Shown: positions 40,149 to 52,140 of the stretch, piece after piece
How the letters are laid out: every line of letters starts with the position of its first letter
How positions within the stretch are numbered: position 1 is the stretch's first letter
Origin: an uncultured Candidatus Rokubacteria bacterium
GTDB lineage: Bacteria > Methylomirabilota > Methylomirabilia > Rokubacteriales > CSP1-6
NCBI GenBank assembly: GCA_963754315.1
Contig: CAVWFS010000001.1
Location: 96,001 to 160,000, forward strand
Direction: 5' to 3'
Length of the DNA stretch: 64,000 nt
Program-made: the position numbers and the translations under genes
Notes under the pieces: model-generated
Told to the model about the DNA's origin: nothing
Database searches by the model: none
What the model saw: the letters and a program-made list of their open reading frames with translations, nothing else

Positions 40149-40351
40149 AACCTGCCCGACGAGTGCCGGACAAGGCCACGCGGTCACCCAAGGCGGGCTC
40201 TCCGCCGCGCACGAGTACCAGCTCCCCACAGGCTCGCCGGCGTCAAAAGAGCGCCCACTCCAATCTGTCCAAGGGAACGACCGTTGCCCAGACAGACCAC
40301 GGGCCCCGGGCTGCGTGGCCGGCGAGCGTCTCCAAGCGCAAGAAGCGCTAG
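40130..40351 (+). CDS. Small basic Lys/Arg/Ser/Pro-rich hypothetical protein
   Basis: AGGAGG RBS before ATG 40130; MAKRPVKPARR...KRKKR. Confidence 0.5.
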   Translation: MAKRPVKPARRVPDKATRSPKAGSPPRTSTSSPQARRRQKSAHSNLSKGTTVAQTDHGPRAAWPASVSKRKKR

Positions 40352-40371
40352 CTCGCCCAGCAGCTGTCCGT

Positions 40372-41460
40372 TCAGGTCACCTGCACGCGACCGAGCGCTG
40401 GCCAGTCCAGCTCCACGCCATGGCCCACCCGCTCAGGAGCCACTGCGAATCCGTCCTTGAGTTGGAGCGGGTGTGCCAGGTACGAATCGAGTCCGAAGCC
40501 ATGCGCCTCGAGGTAGGAGCGATTGGGCACTCCTGCCAACAAGTGCACAGTCAGGTCGTGGGCGCCGTGAGATGTCACGGGAAGGTTGAAGGCCTCGGCC
40601 AGGTGGGCGACCTTCATGAACACCGTGACGCCTCCGCAGTTGGTGACGTCCGGTTCAGGAAAGGTCACACCACCCGCCGCGATCATGTGGGTGAACTCGT
40701 GAAGCGTGTGCAGGTTCTCGCCAGTCGCCACGGGCAGACCCCCCTCCCGGACGATCCGAGCGTGGCCGGCAATGTCGTCGGGTATCGTCGGTTCCTCCAG
40801 CCAGTAGACGTCGAACTCGGCCAGGGCTCGGGCAGCGCGAATCGCCTCGTCGACGCTCCAGCGCATGTTGGCGTCGACCATGAGCGGGATGTTCTCGCCG
40901 AGATGACGCCGCATGGCGCGCACCCGCTCGACGTCCTCCGCCCGCCGCGGTCGGCCGACCTTCATCTTGATGGCCTGGAAGCCCCGCCCCAGATTCTCGT
41001 CCGTCTGCCGCAGAAGACGGTCGAGGGGAAAGTCGAGATCGATCCCGCCCGCGTAGCACGGTACCCGCGGATCATGGCCACCAAGGAGTCGCCAGAGGGG
41101 TACGCCTTGTCGCCGCGCCTTGAGGTCCCACAGGGCAATGTCCACGGCCGACACGGCGAAGCTCACGAATCCACCTCGACCTCCGTAGTGAAGACGCCAC
41201 CACATGCGTTGCCAGAGGGCCTCGATCCGGTCTCCCTCGGCGCCAAGCACGACGGGCTTGAGGTCGCGCTCGATCAGGCTCTGGATGGCCCCACCCCCCA
41301 CGCCGACCGTGTAGGTATAGCCCAGTCCTTCGGCCCCATCGCGGTCCGCGAGACGGACGGTGATCAGCTCGAAGTGGGTCATGGTGCCGTGCGTGCTGTC
41401 GGAGAGGGCGGTGGGGAGGGGAATGCGGTAGTGTCCGGCGATGAGCGAGTCGATGATCAT
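40372..41460 (-). CDS. Mandelate racemase/muconate lactonizing enzyme family protein
   Basis: SAVDIALWDL, KMK, LMVDAN, WLEEP, ATGEN and TSH motifs. Confidence 0.93.
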   Translation of the reverse strand: MIIDSLIAGHYRIPLPTALSDSTHGTMTHFELITVRLADRDGAEGLGYTYTVGVGGGAIQSLIERDLKPVVLGAEGDRIEALWQRMWWRLHYGGRGGFVSFAVSAVDIALWDLKARRQGVPLWRLLGGHDPRVPCYAGGIDLDFPLDRLLRQTDENLGRGFQAIKMKVGRPRRAEDVERVRAMRRHLGENIPLMVDANMRWSVDEAIRAARALAEFDVYWLEEPTIPDDIAGHARIVREGGLPVATGENLHTLHEFTHMIAAGGVTFPEPDVTNCGGVTVFMKVAHLAEAFNLPVTSHGAHDLTVHLLAGVPNRSYLEAHGFGLDSYLAHPLQLKDGFAVAPERVGHGVELDWPALGRVQVT

Positions 41461-41546
41461 CGGCTTTGGCCAGAGTGTGGCCCACGCCGGCGGCCCGTTC
41501 AAGCGGCCAGCCCCCGGGTGTTCTCGACCGAGCGGTTGCCCGCCGC

Positions 41547-42415
41547 GTGAGGCGAGGCGCGCTCCTGGTGGTTGGCGCTACCGTGTGCTGGAGCACCGGG
41601 GGACTCATCGCCCGTCTGGTGACGACCGATCCCTGGACGACCAACGTGTGGCGGGGGGAACCTGCGCTGTCGCCTTGGCCCTGGTGGTGTGGATCACCCA
41701 CGGGCGCGCTACGGCGGAACAGTGGCGACGCATCGGGTGGGCTGGTGTCGGGGTTGCCGCCTGCCTGGCCGTCGCCTCGACGTCCTTCATCCTCGCGCTG
41801 GCCCGGACGTCGGTCGCCAACACCTTGATCCTCATGAGCGTGGGCCCTTATGTGACCGGGCTCCTCGGCTGGTTTCTGCTCGGCGAGCGGGTGCGCTTCC
41901 GGACATGGCTAACCATGGCGGTTGCCCTAGGGGGAGCCGTGGTCATGGTCTCGAGCTCCTACGCCCGAGGGGCGGTTGGTGGCGATCTCCTTGGCCTCGT
42001 GATGGCCGGAGCCTTTGCCACGGCGACGGTCCTCGTGCGCCGGCATCCGACAATCATGATGACACCTGCGGCGGCTCTGGGCGCGGGGCTGACGTGTCTG
42101 CTGGCCCTGCCCATGGCGGCTCCGTTCCGGGCGTCGTCCCGCGACATCGCCCTCCTCGCCCTCTTCGGCATCGGTCAGTTTGCCGTAGGGTTCCTCCTTT
42201 TTACCGCGGGCGCCCGCCTGATTCCGGCCGCGGAAACGTCGCTGATCGGCATGATCGAGACGGTGCTTGGACCACTGTGGGTGTGGCTGGCGCTCGGCGA
42301 AAACCCCGGTCTCGCCTCCTTTCTGGGCGGTACCCTGATCGTGGGCGCCCTGTTGGTGCACGCCGGGCTGGACCTGCTCGACCCGCGCCCGCGGCCAGGT
42401 GGTGAGGCGGCTTGA
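41547..42415 (+). CDS. DMT/EamA family transporter, frameshift near 41660
   Basis: WSTGGLIAR in one frame; TSVANT, FLLGER and ETVLGPLWVW..GE in the next. Start is approximate. Confidence 0.8.
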
Positions 42416-42440
42416 CAGCCAGAGTCTGATTAAGTATTTT
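42412..42440 (+). promoter_or_regulatory. Sigma-70-type promoter of the hcr/box operon
   Basis: TTGACA-17 nt-TATTTT in a local AT-rich patch. Confidence 0.65.
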
Positions 42441-42486
42441 GCAATTGGCGTTAAGTTCTACTGAATCTCTGCCAGGCAGGACAGCA

Positions 42487-42990
42487 TTGAAGATCCGCGT
42501 GAGCCTCACGGTCAACGGCGAGGTCCAGGAGGTGCTCGTCCCCGCGCACAAGACCCTCCTGGAGGTCCTGCGGGAGGACCTGCGCCTGACCGGCACCAAG
42601 CACGGGTGCGAGCTCGGCGAGTGCGGCACCTGCACCGTGCTCCTCGACGGCGCGCCAGTTCTCTCGTGTCTGGCCCTGCCCGTCGATCTCGAAGGACGGG
42701 CTATCAAAACCGTGGAGGGCATGGCCGACGGATCGCAGTTACATCCGCTGCAGCAGGCGTTCGCGGAGCTTGGCGCCGCCCAGTGCGGATACTGCACGCC
42801 CGGAATCCTGCTCACGGCCGAGGCTCTCCTCGCCGAGGTTCCGGCTCCCAGCCGGGAAGAGATTCGCGAGGCGCTCGCCGGCAACCTGTGTCGCTGCACG
42901 GGCTACACGAAGATCCTGGAATCGGTGGAGTTGGCCGCCCTTCGGATGTCTGCCCATACGGCGAGGCTGGCAGGGGAGAGGTCGCGGTGA
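42487..42990 (+). CDS. hcrC: [2Fe-2S] small subunit, 4-hydroxybenzoyl-CoA reductase gamma-like
   Basis: GCELGECGTC, QCGYC and NLCRCTGY motifs; operon context. Confidence 0.85.
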   Translation: MKIRVSLTVNGEVQEVLVPAHKTLLEVLREDLRLTGTKHGCELGECGTCTVLLDGAPVLSCLALPVDLEGRAIKTVEGMADGSQLHPLQQAFAELGAAQCGYCTPGILLTAEALLAEVPAPSREEIREALAGNLCRCTGYTKILESVELAALRMSAHTARLAGERSR

Positions 42991-45416
42991 GTTCCGCCAA
43001 GTTCTCGGTCATCGGGCAGCCGCTGCCCAAGATCGACGCCTGGGCCAAGGTCACCGGCGATACGAAGTACGCCGACGATCTCGTGCTGCCGCGCATGGCA
43101 TTTGCCAAGCTCCTGCGCAGCTCGTTCCCGCACGCCCTCATCACCCGGATCGATACCACGCGGGCCCGTCAGCTGCCAGGCGTGTACGCGGTCATCACGG
43201 GTGACGACCTTCCCCCCGTGAAGTTCGGCATTCTCCCCGTGTCGCAGGACGAGGAAGCGCTTTGCCGCGCCAAGGTCCGCATGGTGGGCGACGCGCTGGC
43301 CGCGGTGGCGGCGGTGGACGAGGAGACGGCCGAGCGCGCCACGGAGCTGATCGAGGTGGACTACCAGCCACTGCGCGCCCTGATGTCGATCGAGGAGTCG
43401 CTGGCCCACCCCGAGGTACGCATCCAGGAGTATGGGGACGGGCCCAACGTCCACAAGAACGTGGCCCTCCAGTTCGGCGACGTGGAGGCTGCCTTCGCGG
43501 CCGCCGCCCTCGTGCGCGAGGACGTCTTCTTCTTCGAGGGCAACACGCACCTGCCCATGGAGCAGCACGCGGCGGTGGCCCACTTCGGACCCGACGAGAA
43601 GCTCACCCTCTGGTCGTCGACACAGACACCCCACTACGTCCATCGGCTGCTGGCCAAGATCCTCGACATGCCCGCCGCCCACATCCGTGTGATCGCCGCC
43701 CCGGTGGGGGGCGGCTTCGGGGGCAAGCTCGATCCCTTCGCCCACGAGATTGCCGCCTGCAAGCTCTCGCAGGTCACGGGTCGCCCGGTCAAGATCGCCC
43801 TCACCCGCGAGGAAGTCTTTTATGTGCATCGGGGCCGTCATCCGGTGCTGATGTGGCTGAAGACGGGCTTCACGCGCGACGGCGACATCACGGGCAGCCA
43901 CATCAAGACGTGGCTGGATGGCGGTGCCTACGGGTCGTACGGCGTCGCCTCGACCTTCTACACCGGGGTCATCAACCCCGTCACGTACAGGATGCCGGTG
44001 TACAAGTTCGAGGGGGCGCGGGTGTTCACGAACAAGCCCCCCTGCGGGCCCAAACGCGGCCACGGCACGCCTCAGCCCCGCTTCGCCCTCGAATGCCAGA
44101 TCGACAAGGCGGCCGAGCAGCTCGGCCTCGATCCGGCTGACATGCGGCGGCGCATCCTGCACGAGCCTTTCACCAAGACGGCCAACCATCTGACGGTAAC
44201 CACCATCGGGCTCGGCGAATGCATCGACAAAGTGGTCGAGGCGTCCGGCTGGCGCGAGAAGCGCCAAGGGTTTGGCCACGCTCATCCCGGGGGTGGCAGT
44301 CGTCGGCGCGGGATCGGGATGGGCTGCTCGGCCTATATGACAGGGGCGGGGACAGCCATCTACTGGAACAGCATGCCCCACTCGGGCGTGATCATCCGCG
44401 CCGATCGCAGTGGTGGGGTGGCCGTGCTGTGCGGCGCCACCGACATCGGTCAGGGCTCGGACTCGATCCTCGCCTATCTCCCGGCCGAGATCCTCGGTCT
44501 CGATCCGCGCGATATCCGTGTGCATCCGGCCGATACCGATCTCACACCGGTCGATCTCGGCTCGTACTCTTCGCGGGTGACGCTCATGTGCGGGATGGCG
44601 GCAATCCAGGCGGCCACCAGGTTACGCGAGGTCATCTTCAGGGCGGTGGCCAAGAAGCTCGCGGTGGATCCGGAGAGTTTGGTGGCCCGCGACCGCAAGG
44701 TCGGCGTGGCCGACGACTGGGACAAGGCCTTGCCCTTTGCCGATGCGGTTGTCCTCGCCGAGTCGATGCATGGCGTGCTCGCCTTTCCCGGCTCCTACGC
44801 GCCGCCCAAACGGGCGGGAAAGTACAAGGGAGGTGGGGTGGGACCGTCGCCGTGCTACTCATACTCCGCCTGCGTGGTGGACCTGTCCGTCGACGAAGAA
44901 ACCGGCGAGATCATGCTGCACGACGTCTGGGTCGCCCACGACATCGGACGGGCCCTCAATCCCTTGCTCGTCGAGGGTCAGGTCGAGGGATCGATCTACA
45001 TGGGCATTGGCGAGGCCCTGATGGAGGGGCAGGTGTTTCGCAAGGGGCTCCACAAGCAGCCATCGATGCTCGACTACAAGAGCCCGACGACCCTGGAGAC
45101 TCCGAACATCCACACGATCCTCGTCGAAACCGATGATCCCGAGGGACCCTTCGGCGCCAAGGAAGCGGGCCAGGGGCCGCTGCTGCCCGTCATTCCCGCC
45201 ATCGCCAACGCCATCTACCACGCCATCGGCGTGCGCTTCGACGAGGTTCCCATCAGTCCGGACATGATTCTCAGAGGGCTCGAGCTGAAGCGGCGGGGCA
45301 AGCCCGCCCGCATCGGCCCCGAGCGGATTCCTCTCTTCACGTTCAAGGAGCCACTCGTGGTCGAATCGGCGTTCGGTCAGCCGGCCGAGGCAATCGCTGA
45401 GAGGCCCTTCCAGTAA
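42987..45416 (+). CDS. hcrA: Molybdopterin large subunit, 4-hydroxybenzoyl-CoA reductase alpha-like
   Basis: GGGFGGK, HRGRH, PPCGPKRGHG, DIGQGS, DLGSYSSRVT and KEAGQG motifs; lies between the hcrC-like and hcrB-like genes. Confidence 0.8.
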   Translation: MSSAKFSVIGQPLPKIDAWAKVTGDTKYADDLVLPRMAFAKLLRSSFPHALITRIDTTRARQLPGVYAVITGDDLPPVKFGILPVSQDEEALCRAKVRMVGDALAAVAAVDEETAERATELIEVDYQPLRALMSIEESLAHPEVRIQEYGDGPNVHKNVALQFGDVEAAFAAAALVREDVFFFEGNTHLPMEQHAAVAHFGPDEKLTLWSSTQTPHYVHRLLAKILDMPAAHIRVIAAPVGGGFGGKLDPFAHEIAACKLSQVTGRPVKIALTREEVFYVHRGRHPVLMWLKTGFTRDGDITGSHIKTWLDGGAYGSYGVASTFYTGVINPVTYRMPVYKFEGARVFTNKPPCGPKRGHGTPQPRFALECQIDKAAEQLGLDPADMRRRILHEPFTKTANHLTVTTIGLGECIDKVVEASGWREKRQGFGHAHPGGGSRRRGIGMGCSAYMTGAGTAIYWNSMPHSGVIIRADRSGGVAVLCGATDIGQGSDSILAYLPAEILGLDPRDIRVHPADTDLTPVDLGSYSSRVTLMCGMAAIQAATRLREVIFRAVAKKLAVDPESLVARDRKVGVADDWDKALPFADAVVLAESMHGVLAFPGSYAPPKRAGKYKGGGVGPSPCYSYSACVVDLSVDEETGEIMLHDVWVAHDIGRALNPLLVEGQVEGSIYMGIGEALMEGQVFRKGLHKQPSMLDYKSPTTLETPNIHTILVETDDPEGPFGAKEAGQGPLLPVIPAIANAIYHAIGVRFDEVPISPDMILRGLELKRRGKPARIGPERIPLFTFKEPLVVESAFGQPAEAIAERPFQ

Positions 45417-46426
45417 TGCTCCGGCTTCCCGCCTTCGAGTACCTGGCGCCGAGGACGATCGCGGAGGCCGTCCACGTGTTCGCTGATGCGGGCCCCGAGA
45501 CCATGCTGGTGGCGGGAGGCACCGATCTCTATCCCAACATGAAGCGGCGACAGTTCGAGCCGCGAACTCTGGTCGGTTTGCGGGCGATCCCGGAGCTGCG
45601 CGGCGTCAGGGGGAATGCCGCCCACGGGCTCAGTATCGGCGCGGTCACCACCCTGACGTCCGTGGCCAGCCACCCGGAAGTCGTGCGGCACTACGGGGCG
45701 GTCGCCACCGCGGCAGGCTTGGTCTCGTCGCCTCAGCTCAGGAACATGGGAACCGTCGGCGGGAATCTCTGCGTGGATACGCGCTGCAACTACTACAACC
45801 AGACTCACCAGTGGCGGAAAGCCATCGGCTTCTGCATGAAGAAAGACGGCGACATCTGCCTGGTAGCGCCCGGCAGTCCACGCTGCTGGGCGGTGTCCTC
45901 ATCCGACACGGCCCCCGTGTTCTGGAGTCTGGGCGCTCAGGTCCGTCTGGTGGGCCCACGAGGCGAGCGGACCGTTCCTCTGCCGATGCTCTACCAGGAC
46001 GATGGCATCACCTATCTCGCCAAGCGTCCCGACGAGATCGTGACGGAAATCGTCCTTCCTCCCGCCGATGGCTGGCGTTCCGTCTATCTGAAGCTTCGTC
46101 GGCGAGGCTCCTTCGACTTTCCCGTCCTGGGAGTGGCGGTGGCGGCGAGGCTGGAGGGTGACGTTGTGAGTGACGCTCGCATCGTTCTCGGCGCCGTGGC
46201 CTCCCAGCCTCGGGAAGCCACGGCCGCCACGGCTGCCGTCCGCGGCGAGCGACTCACCCCCGAGGTGATCGAGCGGATAGCCGGGTTAGCTGCCAGCCCC
46301 GCCAGGCCCCTGGACAATACGGACTTCACCCACCCCTATCGCAAGAAGGTCACGCGGGTCTTCGTCGCGCGCGCGTTGCGACGCCTGGCCGGCCTTCCCG
46401 AGCGCGGGGACGAGGTGCTGGCATGA
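45416..46426 (+). CDS. hcrB: FAD subunit with [4Fe-4S] insert, 4-hydroxybenzoyl-CoA reductase beta-like
   Basis: AGGTDL and RNMGTVGGNL motifs, plus the Cys-rich insert DTRCNYYNQ..WR...FCMK....C......RCWA. Confidence 0.85.
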   Translation: MLRLPAFEYLAPRTIAEAVHVFADAGPETMLVAGGTDLYPNMKRRQFEPRTLVGLRAIPELRGVRGNAAHGLSIGAVTTLTSVASHPEVVRHYGAVATAAGLVSSPQLRNMGTVGGNLCVDTRCNYYNQTHQWRKAIGFCMKKDGDICLVAPGSPRCWAVSSSDTAPVFWSLGAQVRLVGPRGERTVPLPMLYQDDGITYLAKRPDEIVTEIVLPPADGWRSVYLKLRRRGSFDFPVLGVAVAARLEGDVVSDARIVLGAVASQPREATAATAAVRGERLTPEVIERIAGLAASPARPLDNTDFTHPYRKKVTRVFVARALRRLAGLPERGDEVLA

Positions 46427-46971
46427 CCTCGCTCGGCGCGCGTATCAAGGCGCTCCGGGTCGAGCGCCAGCTTCAGCAGCGCCAGCTTGCCGAGAAGGCG
46501 GAACTGACCCCGAGCCTGGTGTCGCAGATCGAGTCGGGGCGGCTCACGCCCTCCCTGCACACCCTCGGGAAAATCGCGGCCGCGCTCGGGGTCCCCATCG
46601 CCTCGCTCTTCGACAGCGTGACCTCGGGCAAGATCGCCGTGACTCGTCAGCGCGACTACCCGAAGGTGTCCTTCGATGGCTCCGCTGAGAAGTGGGCCGT
46701 GCTGGGGGCGGGACTGTTCGACGGCAAGGTCCGGGCCGTCGTCTCCACGTTGGCCGCGCGCTCGCCCGGGGTCAACACCGACAAGGTGGTCATCAAGCCT
46801 GGCCAGATGAAGCTTTTCTACGTGATCGACGGCCGCGTGACCCTGCACTACAACGGCGACCGCCATCTACTGGAAACGGGTGACAGCGCCCTGCTCGATG
46901 GCGGCACGGCGCACGGGTGGGAGAATCGCGGCGACAAGCCGGCCCGAGCGCTATGGGTGATCCTGGGATGA
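46423..46971 (+). CDS. XRE-family HTH regulator with cupin domain
   Basis: LAEKAELTPSLVSQIESGRLTPSL HTH and a C-terminal cupin barrel. Confidence 0.9.
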   Translation: MTSLGARIKALRVERQLQQRQLAEKAELTPSLVSQIESGRLTPSLHTLGKIAAALGVPIASLFDSVTSGKIAVTRQRDYPKVSFDGSAEKWAVLGAGLFDGKVRAVVSTLAARSPGVNTDKVVIKPGQMKLFYVIDGRVTLHYNGDRHLLETGDSALLDGGTAHGWENRGDKPARALWVILG

Positions 46972-46988
46972 CCGCCACCGAGGACTCA

Positions 46989-48658
<1,670 letters not shown>

Positions 48659-48659
<1 letters not shown>

Positions 48660-50077
48660 TGGCGGTTGTGGACTACCTGGAACGGATTCCTAACAACGTC
48701 AACCTCAAGGACAACCGCCGGCTGCTGCGGGCGCTCGAAGAGTGGCAGCCGAAGTTCCTGGACTGGTGGATGGAGATGGGGCCCGTCGGCTACCAGGCCA
48801 AGGAGGTGTATCTACGCACCGCCATCAGCGTGGACCGCGACGGCTGGGCACACTTCGGCTATGTACGGATGCCCGAGTATCGGTGGGGAATCTTTCTGGG
48901 TGACCCCGAGCCGGATCGCGTCATCGGCTTTGGCGACAACAAGGGGCGACCCGCGTGGCAGGAAGTGCCAGGCGAGCATCGCGGGACCCTTCGCCGCCTC
49001 ATCGTCACCCAGGGGGACACGGAGCCGGCGTCCGTCGAACAGCAGCGCCACCTTGGTCGCACCTGCCCCTCGCTCTACGATCTGCGCAATCTCTTCCAGA
49101 TCAACGTCGAGGAGGGACGCCACCTGTGGGCGATGGTGTATCTGCTCGACGCGTACTTTGGTCGCGACGGGCGCGAAGAGTCGGAGGCGTTGCTGCAGCG
49201 ACGCTCGGGAGATCGCGACCGCCCGCGCATCCTCGGTGCCTTCAACGAGAAGACACCGGACTGGCTGAGCTACCTGATGTTCACGTACTTCACCGACCGC
49301 GACGGGAAGTATCAGCTGGCCAGCCTGGCCGAGAGCGGCTTTGACCCTCTGGCGCGCACGTGCCGCTTCATGCTCACCGAGGAAGCCCACCACATGTTCG
49401 TGGGGGAGACCGGGATCGGCCGCGTGGTGCAGCGCAGCTGCGAGCTGATGCGAGAGCACCGTGCTGACGATCCGCGCGCCTGGGGTGGCATCGATTTACC
49501 AACGATCCAGCGCTACCTGAACTTCCACTTCTCGGTGTCGCTCGACCTCTTCGGCTCGGAGATCTCCACCAATGCCGCCAACTTCTACACAGCGGGGCTC
49601 AAGGGGCGCTTCGAGGAGACCCGGCACGGGGACGATCATCAGTTGAAGGACGCGACCTATCAGGTGGCCGGTGTGCAAGGAGATGCCCTGGTGATGCGCG
49701 AGGAGCCGGCCCTGACCAGCCTCAACGAACGCCTGCGCGACGACTACGTCGTCGATTGTCAGCGGGGGGTCGAGCGCTGGAACAAGATCATCCAGAACCA
49801 CGAGGTGCCCTTCGAGCTCAAGCTCCCCCATCGGGGATTCCACCGCGCCATCGGGACGTTTGCCCAGACGAAGGTGTCTCCAGACGGCCGGGTGCTCAGT
49901 CCGGCTGAGTGGGAAGCGCACCGAGACCAGTGGCTGCCCTCGAAGTCTGACGCGGCGTATCTCGAGAGCCTGATGCGGCCTAGCGTGGAGCCCGGAGTCT
50001 TTGCCAACTGGATTGCCCCGCCCCGACGCGGCATCAACGGCCAGCCCATGAACTTCGAGTACGTGCGCCTGGCCTGA
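48659..50077 (+). CDS. boxB: Benzoyl-CoA 2,3-epoxidase diiron subunit BoxB
   Basis: IPNNV, QGDTEPASVEQQ, EEGRH and EEAHH diiron motifs. Confidence 0.96.
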
Positions 50078-50093
50078 AAGGAGGAGACGGCCC

Positions 50094-50573
50094 ATGCCGA
50101 AGGTCATCACTCCCAAGGAGTTCGGACCGCCCCTCGGAATGTATTCCCACGGCATGATGGGGTCAGGGGGACAGATCGTCGTGGTGGCCGGCCAGGTCGG
50201 GATGACGGCGGGGCGGGTGTCCGGGCCTGATGTCGAGTCGCAAACCAAGGCTGCCCTCGAAAATGTGCGCACGGTGCTGGACGCAGGCGGGTGTTCGATG
50301 CGCGACGTGATCCGACTGCAGACGTTCCTGACCAGCGCCGACGACATCGCGGGGTTCATGAAGGCGCGCGAGGAGGTCTTCCCGCGCTACTTTCCGGACG
50401 CAGCATATCCGCCCAACACCCTGCTGGTCGTGAGTCGCCTGGTGCGACCCGAGTTGCGCGTGGAGATCGAGGCGATGGCCGTGAAAGGTCGGCCCCCAAC
50501 GTCGGCGGTGGGCAGGCGGCGAGGGGGGGCGAAGAGGCGGTCGACCCCTCGCCGATCCACCCGCCGTCGCTAG
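50094..50573 (+). CDS. RidA/YjgF family protein with basic C-terminal tail
   Basis: YSHG, AGQVG, YPPNT and VEIEAMA motifs. Confidence 0.88.
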   Translation: MPKVITPKEFGPPLGMYSHGMMGSGGQIVVVAGQVGMTAGRVSGPDVESQTKAALENVRTVLDAGGCSMRDVIRLQTFLTSADDIAGFMKAREEVFPRYFPDAAYPPNTLLVVSRLVRPELRVEIEAMAVKGRPPTSAVGRRRGGAKRRSTPRRSTRRR

Positions 50574-50587
50574 AGCAGCGGCGTACT

Positions 50588-52138
50588 ATGAACGCCGCGG
50601 AGTATCTGCCCGCTCAGTTCAACGTCGCCACGTATTTTGTCGACCGCAACCTCGCGGAGGGCCGCGAGCAGACCCCGGCTTTCCTCTATGAGGACCGCAC
50701 TCTTACCTATGGGGACGTGGCGGACCTCGCCAACCGGGCCGGCAACGCGCTCCTGGAGCTGGGGGTGGAGATGGAGGATCGCGTCCTCCTGATCTGTCTT
50801 GACGGTCCCGAGTTCCTGGGCGCTTTTTGGGGCGCAATCAAGATCGGCGCTGTCCCGGTGCCCGTCAACACCCTGCTGCGGGCCCAGGACTATCTGTACG
50901 TGCTCAACGACAGCCGCGCGCGCGTGGCCGTGGTCTCGGCGCCTCTACTGGCCGAAGCCGGCCCGGTCCTCGGCCAGGCGAGGTTCCTGGCGCACGTGCT
51001 GGTGGCGGGTGGCAGCAATCACCGTCATCTCTCCTGGGAGCAACGACTGGCCAAGGCCTCCCCCGCCCTGGAGGCGGCGCCGACCTCTCGCGACGATCCG
51101 GCGTTCTGGCTCTACTCGTCGGGCTCTACGGGGTTTCCCAAAGGGGCCGTGCACCTGCACCACGACATGGTGATCTGTCAGGAGACCTACGCCAAGCAGG
51201 TGCTGGGCATCCGTTCCACTGACCGCATCTTCTCGGCGGCCAAGCTATTCTTCGCTTACGGCCTGGGCAACGCCGGCTACTTCCCCATGGGCGTCGGCGC
51301 CCAGAGCGTGCTCTACCCACACCGCCCGACTCCCGAAGGTGTCTTCGAGGTGCTCACACGCTATCGGCCGACCCTCTTCTTCGGAGTACCAACACTCTAC
51401 GCCGGGATGCTGGCCGTGAAGGAGGCGGACAAGCGCTTCGATCTATCGTCGCTGCGCCTGTGCGTGTCAGCGGGAGAAGCATTACCCGAGGAGCTCTACC
51501 AGCGCTGGCTCGACCGCTTCGGCGTGGAGATCATCGATGGGATCGGGACCACCGAGATCCTGCACATCTTCCTGTCGAACCGTCCGGGCGCTGTCCGGCC
51601 CGGCTCGTCAGGTCTTCCCGTGCCGGGCTATCAGGCCACCATCGTCGATGACGAGGGCCGGCCCCTCCCCCGGGGAGAGATCGGCAACCTGCGTGTCCAG
51701 GGCGATTCAACCATGGCCTATTACTGGAACAAGCACGAGAAGACGAAGGAGGCGCTCTTCGGCTCGTGGATCCAGACGGGCGACCAGTACTACCAGGATG
51801 CCGACGGCTATTTCTGGTATTGCGGTCGCGCCGACGACATGCTGAAGGTAGGGGGCATCTGGGTCTCGCCAATCGAGGTCGAGGGTACCCTGGTGCGCCA
51901 TCCGGACGTGCTCGAGGCAGCCGTGGTCGGCAAGGAGGACAGCGATCGGCTTGTGAAGCCTCAGGCCTTCGTCGTGCTGAAGGAGGGCGCGCGCGATACG
52001 GACGCCCTCGCCGACGAGCTCAAGGCCTTCGTGAAGGATAAGATCGCACCCTACAAATACCCGCGCTGGATCGAGTTCGTCAGCGAGCTTCCCAAGACGG
52101 CCACGGGCAAAATCCAGCGGTTCAAGCTCCGGACCTGA
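50588..52138 (+). CDS. Benzoate-CoA ligase family protein
   Basis: FWLYSSGSTGFPKG, AKLFFAYGLGN, DGIGTTEILHIFLSN and KTATGKIQRF motifs. Confidence 0.93.
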   Translation: MNAAEYLPAQFNVATYFVDRNLAEGREQTPAFLYEDRTLTYGDVADLANRAGNALLELGVEMEDRVLLICLDGPEFLGAFWGAIKIGAVPVPVNTLLRAQDYLYVLNDSRARVAVVSAPLLAEAGPVLGQARFLAHVLVAGGSNHRHLSWEQRLAKASPALEAAPTSRDDPAFWLYSSGSTGFPKGAVHLHHDMVICQETYAKQVLGIRSTDRIFSAAKLFFAYGLGNAGYFPMGVGAQSVLYPHRPTPEGVFEVLTRYRPTLFFGVPTLYAGMLAVKEADKRFDLSSLRLCVSAGEALPEELYQRWLDRFGVEIIDGIGTTEILHIFLSNRPGAVRPGSSGLPVPGYQATIVDDEGRPLPRGEIGNLRVQGDSTMAYYWNKHEKTKEALFGSWIQTGDQYYQDADGYFWYCGRADDMLKVGGIWVSPIEVEGTLVRHPDVLEAAVVGKEDSDRLVKPQAFVVLKEGARDTDALADELKAFVKDKIAPYKYPRWIEFVSELPKTATGKIQRFKLRT

Positions 52139-52140
52139 GC

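Noticed and set aside
1980..44525. Long antisense ORFs (e.g. 1980-3224, 20254-21723, 24613-25848, 34723-36273, 42903-44525)
   Set aside because: Shadow frames of real genes in high-GC DNA, with no recognisable motifs.
46423..46971. BoxR/BzdR regulator
   Set aside because: It has a cupin domain rather than the shikimate-kinase-like domain of BoxR/BzdR.
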